From: Klebsormidium nitens
Lineage: Eukaryota; Plantae; Klebsormidiophyceae
Assembly: GCA_000708835.1 (NCBI GenBank)
Contig: DF237238.1
Span: forward strand, 47,570 to 111,569
Length of the DNA: 64,000 nucleotides
Direction: 5' to 3'
Shown: one piece after another, positions 40,528 through 51,371 of the stretch
Layout of the letters: each line of letters opens with the position of its first letter
Numbering within the stretch: the first letter of the stretch is position 1
Program-made: the position numbers and the translations under genes
Notes under the pieces: model-generated
Told to the model about the DNA's origin: nothing
Database searches by the model: none
What the model saw: only the letters and a program-made list of their open reading frames with translations

Positions 40528-40696
40528 CGGCCGGCAATGGCGGCATATGGACATTTTATCATATGCCTATGACGGCCGTTACATACCGCTAAGACCGCCG
40601 ACTCATACTGAGTATGGACCAAACGTCATGACTTATGACCGACACCGCATATGGCAATATGAGGTTTTGTTCATAATATCGGTGAGACTGGGTTGC
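40528..40696 (-). repeat. Right terminal inverted repeat (169 bp)
   Basis: Reverse complement of 27735-27903. Confidence 0.95.
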
Positions 40697-40699
40697 CAA

Positions 40700-41300
40700 T
40701 GTACTGCAATCCACACGGTCGCGGCGCGCAATTCTTTGTGGGTCAAAACGGTCGCTTCGGGTCGTCCTGCACGGTCGATATTAAGCCCTGCACTGCCGAT
40801 CGGACGGCGCAGATACCTCGCTGTGGATATGTTGCTGAGCCCGGGGCCCGCCGGGCGGCAGCACACCGGGATGCACATATTCGCGCCGGCGGCAGCCAAA
40901 TTCCTTCATAGACTCTATTGAATTTCTCATACCAATATGGAACTTTTGTCATTGACTTATGGCTTCAATACCATTTCCGAGATTTGGGTAATAGGTATGA
41001 GAGATTCCTCATAAAATCTGTGAGGCCATGGGTTGCGATCATGGTCGTCGGAAACAGACGCGGACGCGTGTCCTGCCCGGCGCGGCCGGGACTTTGAGCG
41101 CGGCACATGCAGATCGGGCGAATGGCTGGCGGACAATTGGCAAGCGGCCAGGGCCAGCCGCCAGGCTCCTTGCACGGAGCGTCAGACATACCGTACAATT
41201 GTCTTCAGCGTCCGACACGGAGTTTTGATTTCGCTGGCTCCTAGGCCGACTAGTGCTCCGGTCAGTCGCCTGGAGGCTTGAACCGATCGGCTTCTCCCAC
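40700..41300. mobile_element. Degenerate foldback element right of the KDZ transposon
   Basis: Central arms tctcataccaat (40925-40936) / ataggtatgaga (40991-41002). Outer GC-rich arms gcccggggcccgccgggcggcagcacac versus the reverse complement of tgtcctgcccggcgcggccgggac. Ends not defined. Confidence 0.4.
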
Positions 41301-41753
41301 CCAAATACCCCAGAAAGACCCCGGTTCTGTCGACTTTTTGGCCGATGCCCCTCGGTTCAGGCGGCCGAGAGGCAAATCCGTCGGCTGACTGTGACCGTTG
41401 ACGGCTCGTCTCGAACACTGATTGTCGTCTCTCCACTGTGAATCAGAATCGTGATTGGCAGAGCCTGAGCCTGAGGTTCTCTCTTCGTTCTGTTTGCGCT
41501 CGACTCGGCCAGGCTAGCCCGGCTAGGCCCTAAATTGCCTAATAAAACGGGAATACGGTATAGGTATTATGTACCGTACCCCTGCCATGGCCCTGGGCTG
41601 CCGCGCCTCAGTATACGGTAGGTATCCTGACTGACTGAATCCTTGGACCTTCAATGGGCTCTGGCCTACAGTTTGGCACAGTACCTACCTTTAAACCTAC
41701 AATTGGCGTTCTTGGCGTACCGTACGTTTAGGGGTGGACCATCGTGTATCTTC

Positions 41754-42203
41754 GAGCACCATTACATTATAGGCCGGTTCGGTTGGAAATGCTGACGTTG
41801 TCCAACGGAACCGGTCTTTACATGGCAAAGTTGCGGGCCCTCGCGGTTCGCGGCCCGATCGGCGGTCATTGCCCCCCAAAAGTTCGAACAATCTCCCAAA
41901 ATCGAGGAACCGCGAACAGCGTTGACCAAAGGACCTCGAGGCTCGGGTAGGTCCTTTGGTCAACGCTGTTTTGGTTCCTCGATTCCCGGAGCTTGTTGTG
42001 GTCTGATGTGGTCCGGCAGTGCAGACCGGAACACTTGCATGGCAAGACTCAGACGACGTCACTGTTCTCCGGTAAAACTTCTTTTCGCAAGAGGGGGGTC
42101 GGCACTGCTCCGGACCGAGCCAGCCCAGGCTTTGGAAGGCCCAACCGGCGCCGTTGGCTTGATGACGTTTTTCCAACCGAACCGGTCCAATGTAATGGTG
42201 CTC
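41754..42203. mobile_element. Foldback MITE with GAGCAC...GTGCTC ends (copy B)
   Basis: ~54-bp imperfect TIR gagcaccattacattataggccggttcggttggaaa / tttccaaccgaaccggtccaatgtaatggtgctc. Perfect central 22-bp stem aacagcgttgaccaaaggacct (41915-41936) / aggtcctttggtcaacgctgtt (41949-41970). Confidence 0.8.
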
Positions 42204-42582
42204 TTAGCCCCGTGAATCTGCTTGGCCGCCATTGGCATTGGGTCCTCTGTCCCCTCTCTGTCCTCGATCGGACTTCACCAGGCGATACGCCTCCCTACTT
42301 GAGGTCATTTCGAACTTGAGGCAGCTGTTCTGACGCTTCAGGGGGTGACGTTTTGGTCAAAACGGTATAGCTACAATTTGTGCGCGCTCTCACTGTAGGG
42401 GCACTGTAGGGGGCACATCGGCCCGCACACTTGAATGATGAACCTTGGAACCGCCAGTCCATCCGGATGATCCCGATGCCATTCCAGTGACGTCCTCCCG
42501 GCTTCCTGCTGCAAACAGTTCTGATATGCTTCTTTTCCAGCAGATGCTACGTTAGCTACATACGAAGCAGCTATCAACCACC

Positions 42583-45500
42583 ATGGCTTCCATGCAGCTA
42601 CTTCAATTTGTGCTGTCTGCCGCGCTGCTTTTCTCCTCATCATGTGCACAGCAGCTGAACCCACCTGCCATTTTTTTGGCAAATGCCACAGTCCTTCCTG
42701 CTGCAGACAGCACTAATGCTTCTCTTCCGTCAAATGCTATTTTGACCATTTACAGAGCAGTGCGGTCTCAGAATCTAGGGCTTCTGGGTGCACTATTAAA
42801 TGTTAATATAAGTGGGTTGGCAAACTATCTGGCACTTGATGTTCAGTTGGTGCTTCGCAATACAACAGCCCCGATCACGTGAGTCTTCTACCGAATCGGC
42901 CCAGGGTCTTTTTTGTGCACATCCACTTGTTGAACTTGTTTAGGTGCAAATGAGAGCAAAGTTCAATCCAGCGGCACTTCTTGTCTCAGGAGCCACTGTA
43001 GAGTACACATGTATTGCCATATTGTTTGGTTTGCAAGTTGCATGTCACTTCATAGTGCCAGTTTCTTGCCAGATTGGCCAAGGACCAGCTTTGCTTTTTC
43101 TGGTGGCAGGTTGTCCAATGTCACCACTCTCCTTTCTTTCTTTGCCCTCCTTACACCGCCAGCGGGCTCCAATGTAACTGTGAACAATGTCTCGGAGCTC
43201 TACTTCTACTTCATTGACAGCACAAACGTACTGACTGTCTCGCAAGTAACAGCTGGACAGGTGAGATTCACCACACCTGCTGAAGGTTGCGGGAATGGTG
43301 GGTGGCCAAAGTTGAGGTCTTCAAGCTAGAAATAGCGGCCCGAGCTGAATAAAGCCTGTACCTTCTTGAAGTCCTGGCAAGTTGCCAGAGTGGGGAAAGA
43401 TTACTAGCTCACATTTCGAGACGCAAAGAAGTGTTCTGCGGGTTTGTGGGGAATCAACAGAGGAACAAAAGGTTGGCAACTGAAGGAAAAGGGGATCAAT
43501 GGCTCTGTATGTTTCCTTTGCGTATTTGCATTCAGAGCCATTATTGCTTCAGACGTACCTAGACGACGAGCCTGTACACCCCTGCACACCTCTACGAGGT
43601 CGACATTGGACAGGGCTCATGGCCCAAGATTTTTGTTAGAGGAGGTCAGAGGGGAGGTTTCGGATTGTACAATAATCTCTGATCTTTTTGTTGAGACTTG
43701 CAGGTTTGTACAATCTCATTTAGCTCTTTGTGGAAAGGGTGTGCAGGTCCTACTCCGAGAAGTGCGCAAAGTCGTTGGTTCCTTTAGATCTGCCAAATGC
43801 AGGGTTCTAAGACAACTCATTCTCATGTCCAATACCAGGTTCTGTTTCAAGCTTCACGGGCAACACGCCTCAGATTCTCAAATTCAGATTTAAATGCAGA
43901 TACTGGGGAAAGGCATGTTGAGAGCAGCCAAGGTTATTGTGTGGACTGGGATAATTCTGTGTTCAGTGGGTCTGGTCAGAGTCGCTCCCTTTTAAACCAA
44001 GTTTGTCCGTCACTTGCCAGATTGACGACAAGGTCTTAGAAAGGTGCCTTTCTGACCATACTCTCTGTTATGCAGCTTGGCAACGTCTTCCTCACCAGCT
44101 TCTGGCAACTGCTCAACAGCACCACCTCTCCCAACGGTACCTGGACTGTCGCCTATGTCAGCATCACTCCCGCTCCGAGCGGTCCCTTCATCCCTCAAAC
44201 CACCCCAGTCTTCGCGGCCACCCCTAATGTCACCATTTGGAGCACCATCGGTAGTGGCATGGCCACTTTCGTGAATACCAGCATCCCTGCAAATGTCACT
44301 ATTGAAGCGAATGTCATTGTTGCCTCAATTGGTCTCCAAGCAGCCCTCAGCGATGGCAATCTGAGCCCTGCAAATGTGGCCAACCAGTACTTCGCCCCCT
44401 TCTTCCGAGTGGTGCTGCCAACCCTCCCAAGCCCTACATTGTGAGGAAGAACTGTTGCATCACCCCATCTGCAACTCAAAAAGTTCTGCTTGATTTGTGA
44501 AGTTCCAGAAATGTTGTGGTTATAAGAAGCAACACTCTGAGGCAAGCGAGAGTTCTCAGCACGCTGAAATATTGCATCTTGTGATGGTCATGCTGCTTTT
44601 CCAGGTCTTGACAGAAGTCTTGGTTTTAAAAACTTTTGCAAAGGCAATGATGAAGAGGGGGCTTTTTCTCCGTCTCTGTCAATTAGATGGTGAAAGAGAA
44701 GCCATGATTTCGGTGTTCTGGTCTCAAAGTTCAATGGTTTTTGCATACTGCTGTGTCGCAAAGGCGGTTTTGATGACTTGTCCAGTGCACATCGACTTGT
44801 GTTTTCTGTGGCAGGCTCAATCTGACAGACCCCATCATAATTACTTTCTTCGACTTGCTGCGCGGCCGCAACGCAACCGGCAATGCTTCTCCGCAGACCG
44901 TCGTCTCGTACAAGCAGTTGAACATCCAGTCGGCTATCTTGACAACCCTGGTGCCTGCTCTCCCTTCGGTAAGGGCGCAGACTGCAGGCAAACGTTGGAC
45001 AAACAATCAGAGTTCAAGACGCGACTGCAGACTTTCCTTGTTAGTTCTTTCCTTTATGTGTTTGTATGTCTACAATAATGCTTTCATGACTTGCTCTGAA
45101 GGGGCCCTGGAGGTGCCCATTGTCTGCCACACGTCTGCTCTCAAGGTGGCCTCTATTGAAGTTGGTCCTGATGTCGTTCCTCCGCATACACTTTCTACAG
45201 AGAGACAATAACCCGGCTCGCTTGATAAGCAGTGTACGACGGCAAACATTTGAGATCCAGAGTTACTTTCATCTTACAGGACTGCAATCCAGAGTGCGGC
45301 AATATAAAGTGTGTCTTTCTGCTCCTTTTCACAATCACGGTGACGCTGTGCACAATATCAGAGGAAGGATTGGTGGAGCTAATTCCAAAGGCCCGTTTTG
45401 CGAAGTAGAGGCCACTGACATGTGCGTCATGTCCTGCGCAGATTGGTGACGTATATGTCATACAGCTATGGCAGGTGCTCAATGCCTTTTCCAACAATAC

Positions 45501-48500
45501 CACCGCTCCCCTTGCTCGCTTGCAATTGACCTTCATCTCAATGAATCTTGCACCACCAGTCGAGTGCACCCAGTACAGCAATAGAACCCCTGACGTCTCC
45601 TCCTGCCCTTGTTACAACGGTTGGACCCTTGCCCCAACCCCCAACATCCAGTCCACCTGTTCCAGAGCCTAGTTTGACCACCCAAGCACCTGCTCCAAGT
45701 GCGGTCCCTACTCCTGCTCCAACCGTTACAGCAGTCAATGTTCAGCCTTCTCCACTTTCGGTTCCACCTATTCCAGAGCCTACGATCAGCCTCACGCCTG
45801 CTCCAAGTCGGACTCCTATTTACACTCCAACTCCTACAGCAATTAGTGTCCAGCCTTCTCCACGTTTGGGCAATACGTCTGAAACGTCAGATTCGGGTCT
45901 GGGGTTGGGGACCACTGTTGGCATCTCGTTGGGAGCAACGGCAGTCGTCTTGGGTGGTTTGCTGGTAGGTGCGTGGATATTTCCGTCTAGGAGGAAGAGG
46001 AGGCACGAGCCGCCAGGATTGCCACCGGTCACAGACCACGACACCGAAAAGGACGCCGCTGTCGAAAGGGGTGTTGGCAAGGTCTCTGCAAAACCTAGGC
46101 AGGCCTCCGGTGAGTACAGTGTTGTCACGGGTGCTGGTCAAAGTGACTTCAAGTTTAGTAACTTCCAGTCTTTCTTTTCAAACATCTTCGTTTGTCCTGC
46201 TGGGTCCACTTCAGAACTAGCTCTTGATCCGGTTGTAGAGGATTCGGACCCAAGAGGTTGGAGATGAAGCAAAGAGGAAATTTCTTATATGTGAGATCTC
46301 TGCTGACAAGAGGGATCGCTAGGTTTCTGGACATGTGGGCCATTTGTACCCCTGAGCTCGGTCATCGATGCTAGTGGAGATCAGTTACCTTTAGTACAGC
46401 AGATTTGTGAAGCCAGTGTCTGAACCGTCAAGAGCTGCTGACTGAGGGGGTTGACAGTACCGTTGTTGAACGTTGAAGTGTTGGAGTATCAAAGGAGACC
46501 TTGGCGTCGATGCTACATCATACTTTGTGTTGTTGGAACCTACTCGCGAAATGTTATGGGTTCTTACTAGAAATTACTGAAGGCCGCTTGCATTCATATC
46601 CAGATCCCTTTACTGATGAGGAACCCTTCTGGCTCTGTTCGACGATGTTGAGACGGCCGGAACTATATATTGACGTTTTTCCGAGCTATGCCTGCAGCAA
46701 CTGCCCAAGCACACGAAGCGACTCTGGGGCTCATACGCGTTTTCACCATTCGAGAACTCCGGAAAGCAACCGCAGGCTTCTCGGAAACGACGTTGCTAGG
46801 AGCTGGCGCCTTCGGTCGGGTGTATAGAGGCACCTTCGCTGATGGAAGCTTTTTGGCCGTCAAAGAGTTGAGGAAGGGAAGAGGGGTGAGCCCAGTTTGC
46901 CTCCACGTTTCTCTTGTCTGCATCTATGGACACGTTACTCATTTGTCTTCGGGTTGCTTACGCAGGAATTACACCTTTTCTGCATCCTCAGCTCAAAGAG
47001 ATCAATTACAGGACTTGCAGACCAAGCTCCTTGTTTCCTCCGCTTCCGGCGAGATCTGTAATACAATTGATATTGAAGCTTCACCATGCCAGGTGTTCAT
47101 ACTTGTGCCGTTGCCTTTCAGGGGTTAGGTCAGCAAGAGTTCTTGACAGAGCTAGCAACCATTGCTCGTGTAAGGCACCGGAATTTGGTGGCGCTCCGAG
47201 GTTACTGCATCTCGCCTAAGGCGTTCTACCTCGTCCTGGACTATGCCCCGAACGGGAATCTGTCGTCCGCTCTGAGCAGTGGTGAGGACTCTCCCCTGAT
47301 TGTCACCCTTTTTTAAGACTCCGTCGCTTCAACCCGCCTCGTCTTCTCCCGGGAAGTCCGTCAGGAGGCCATTCTTCGCACCGTAAAGGTGCATGCCTGG
47401 ACAGGCGCTTTCTGCTTTTGAACGCTGTGATCCGGGCTGGACCTGTTTTTGCGTGCAACAGAGGGCGCTTTCCTTCAAGCGCTGTGAGTTGGCCCTCCTT
47501 ATCGAGAGCACATGTTTTGGGTGGATCTCTTAACGACAGATGTTCGCGCTTACAGCCTGCCAAGACAGCCTTGCTGAAGGGCATTGATTCGACCGGTAAA
47601 AAATGTATCCCTACAACAACATAGTCGGCGCATGGATAACTAGCTGCGCTGGATTTCTCTGCTGCTCTGCTCCGGCTGCTTCCAAAGGGTTGGGAGACGT
47701 CTTTGTCTCACCTCTTATAAAGCGTTTGCAGGCTCTAGCACGGCCCTCACCTGGAGTCAACGTCTCGTTATTGCAACGGGTTCAGCACGCGGCCTTTCGT
47801 ACCTCCACAACGATATGGCGCCTTCAATTCTGCACCGTGACATCAAGTCGGCCAACATCCTTCTGGACCAGAATATGGAACCGCTTGTAAGAAAGGGTGT
47901 TCGAGGCCCGATCTTATGCATTTGCTGCCGTTTAATCTGCTTTGAGCTGAACGATTGAGTCTTCTTGCAAAGCTGAGTGTCACTCGAGCATATTTACAGG
48001 GCTTGTCTATCAAACTCTCAAATGTCTGGGGCTCCAAAACAACCAGGCTCCGCCGTCTAGGGGCCAGGACAATGCTCAGCTTTCAGGAAAGGCCTTCCGG
48101 ATTCCTCGCTTCTGGTTCCAAATCATCCCTGTATAAACATCCAGGTTTTACTCCAAACCCGCAAACGGGCATGGGAGCAACGTCTTACGTAAATGCACGT
48201 TCCACCGGGTTACTCTGAAGGATGCTCACGAGCTAGAGAAGCAAGCTAGGTTGTAAGAAGAGCTCTCTAAGTGAGTGGCACCTGACCGTTCCATGACTTG
48301 CGCGCGATGCTTGCAGGGTCGCTGTTGCCTACTAGCGAGTTCTGTAGCAAGCTTGCTTACGGCTTAGCGTGACGATCACACAACTTTGCGTTCTGCACCT
48401 GCAGGTAGCCGACTTCGGGCTAGCGAAGCTTTTGGACGAGGGCAAAACACACCACAGCACAAACGTACGCGGCACGTATGGTCATGTGGCCCCGGAGTAC

Positions 48501-50060
48501 GCTCTTTACGGCCAGGTATGCGAAGCTCTTTTGTTGTCTGCTCGTATGTGATCTCAGCAAGCGTCAAGACAGAACCCTTGCAAGGCTGTAAAGAGCTGTG
48601 ATCCCTTGTAAATGCAGGCTGCTTGACTCTTGCGATGGTTTCAATCATTCAAATGAAGGTCGAAGGAGTGACTTGTGACTTTGCTTCTCAGTCGTCTTGG
48701 AAGGGTTGGTTCGCTCGACTTGATAGCCCCTGACCTTTCAAAGGAAAGGGCGTTGACGCCATAGCACAAATGGTGCCCTGTTTGACTCAGCGTGACCACG
48801 TGCCAATTCTAGGATGCCTTGTCAGGGAAGCACTGAGCGGCCATAGAATACATCCGGAACCAATCATACTTCCTCATACTTTGGATCTTAAGCGGCTCCT
48901 GCCTGGGCTACCGATGGCCTAAGGTCCGTTGAAACCAATTGTGCATGTCACAGGTCACGAAGAAGAGTGACGTGTACAGTTTCGGCGTCGTCTTGTTGGA
49001 GCTGCTCACGGGTCGCCGCGCCGTTGAGACAATGCCAGACGGGGGGCGCTCCAACCTCGTAGATGCGGTAAGTGGTGACTATTAGCTGGACGGTCGCACT
49101 CATCAGAAGACGATTCGTAGCATGACTAGCTTGCTGAAATATTGTCTCCCATGCCCCCTACTGACCATGTAAGGGGTTATGATCTAACCCGAAGTTGCTG
49201 CCTTGCGGAAGCTTCAAGTCAGTGCGTTCCTTGAGAAAATTCGAACGTGATAAAGAGTGATGCTCGAGCGCTTAGAGGGACTACAGAACGGCACATTGTG
49301 CTGTGGGATCAAGGAGAGCAAGAGGACTTTTTAAGAAGAACCCTGCTGTCTATCGGAAAAGTAACAGCAAATTCGGTGCTGCCTCGTTTTCATATTCCTT
49401 AAGGTGCCTCGAGATGGGAGAGGGCCCACGTTTTAAAGTCCATTTTCAAAATCTCTGTAGAATTTGATGGGAATAGTCCTTCGTGGCCGCATAAGCGGGA
49501 TTCATCCCGCCACGCATATGGCTCCCATCAATGGAGCCTTAATGTTCTCAACTAAACCGACAGCAGCCAGTAAAGAGAGCAGAGACAGGTCTCTTAAGTA
49601 GGTGTTGTATCCCGCCCTGATCTTGAGCTTCGCCGGCACATAAACGACGCAAGCGCATCCATTCCTTTTCGTGTATCAGGTGGCCCGCCAGTACCATCGA
49701 CCTCTGGTTGTGTTGGACCCCCGGCTTCGCGGCCAATTTCCAGAGCAAGCGTCAGCGCAATTGGTCGTTTTGGCCGTTGCGTGTACTGCTCGAGAGGAGG
49801 CCCACCGACCGCACATGTCGCACGTGTTGCGGGAGTTGGATGACATTAGCCAGACTCGAGAGTCGAACATCGAAAATTACGAGGAGATAGGAAGGGAGAG
49901 TCGTGAGGATTGGTTCGGGCCTGCAGCGCGGGCGAGCGATGCTCCCGGGTACTCAAGTACCTCGACTGATTCGTGGAACCGGCAGAGCAGGTCAAGCGGG
50001 TCTGGCGGGCAAATGGACAGCATGACGTATCGAATGTCAATGATGAGTCAAGGAAGGTGA
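42583..50060 (+). CDS. Receptor-like Ser/Thr kinase (RLK/Pelle, RD type) with N-glycosylated ectodomain and Pro/Ser/Thr stalk
   Basis: Signal peptide [22 protein letters not shown]. Ectodomain exons approx 42583-42878, 43082-43260, 44077-44440, 44817-44970, then 45475 or 45560 to 46109 with [27 protein letters not shown] followed by SRRKRR. Kinase exons approx 46693-46884 ([18 protein letters not shown]), 47129-47281, 47732-47886 ([12 protein letters not shown]), 48405-48515 ([16 protein letters not shown]), 48954-49067 ([18 protein letters not shown]), 49680-50060. Confidence 0.92.
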
Positions 50061-51371
50061 GTGTTTAGACAGGAACTTTCTTTCTTTCCTTTTTAGGGCA
50101 TGGTAAACTTACATCAGACGAAACGACTAAGGGACGGCCAGGGATCTGAGAATGGCACAGCACCATGCAGATTGGATGCTCAAGAACAGGGCCTCAGTGA
50201 GAGGCAAGCTTCACAAAATCCAGCTCACGAATCCTAGTAATGCGTCCCAGACCTGGCGTATAATGAGCACAACGTGCGAGCACATTCCTTGTCGAGCACG
50301 TTCCTTGACAACGACCGGAACTTGACTTTGGCCAGACGAGTCGAACCCAAACTCTGTGCAAGAAGAATCTAGCATCACGGACTTGTGCCCTATCAGTCAG
50401 ACGTCTTGTGGATGGGCATGCCTACTTAATAATGTTCGATGAAAATTTCGTATTCGCTTGAGAAGCTGCACCCAAGAAGCTCGGTGACTGAGACAGAATA
50501 GAAGCGGCAGGTTCACATACAACGTAGCTTCCATGGAAGTTGGTAACACCGTCGTTAATGCGGATTGATCACACCCGGCCACCACCCAACCTCAAGAAGC
50601 TAAGAAGAGGTAAAACACGAACATGCAGTGCGGAAAGTGTAGAGGTAATTCAGCGACGGGCCATTCTGCTCTCAATCGGAATAGACACGGACTTCAATGC
50701 TGAAATGCTTTCATCTGCATATGTTGGCTTGTCGATCAGACTATACCTATATATGGCGAGGGCGCGCGGCCTGCATGGAACTATGTTCACATGTGTGTAT
50801 GTATAGTCAGCTATCGATACATCATACATGCACTGATATACACAGTACACGCAATCAACTTAATCCGGCCAGAGACTCCGAATATATGCACGTACGCGCT
50901 TGGAGTGACCAACTTAAACGTGCGTACATCAAACGTTTTTTAACGGTACATTTATCTGCAATCGTTAGCATTGATCGATGCAAGATGAGTCAGCCCTAGC
51001 AAATCAATTCTTTCGTGGTTCCTGACCATCGCAACACGCAAAGCAGTAGATTTACTGAAGTCATCTTTGAGCAATGGTCACAAGCTGCCCTGCCGCCGCC
51101 CGCGCAATGAGTAACTACAACTTTTCTGTGTTAGCCACGTCCTCACGAACATACTGTACGGGCGGCAATATTACTTGAGGCTCTGTAGCAAAGATTTACC
51201 GAGGTGGTCAGATACAGGGCCTTCTCTGGATACTACTTCAAGTTTTTCAAATCATTATAAAGTTTGCGAGCAACTTCCGTGTATGCAATACATGTTGAGG
51301 TCAAAGTCTACCTTACACTGTTAGCAACTTTGATCGCGCCCTACTTTACAAAAGAGATGTGCACCTGTACC

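Larger units (their letters stand above)
27735..40696 (+). mobile_element. KDZ-superfamily (Kyakuja-like, CxC3) DNA transposon, ~12.96 kb, with cargo genes
   Basis: 169-bp TIRs at 27735-27903 and 40528-40696 enclose a spliced CxC-KDZ transposase gene and opposite-strand ORFs. Confidence 0.88.

Noticed and set aside
27720-40710. Target-site duplication for the KDZ element
   Set aside because: Checked several candidate ends; the flanks give only inverted matches, no direct repeats.
50730-50825. Small inverted repeat (gactatac/gtatagtc) as a MITE
   Set aside because: Arms are too short and degenerate, with no TSD; could be chance in AT/CA-rich intergenic DNA.
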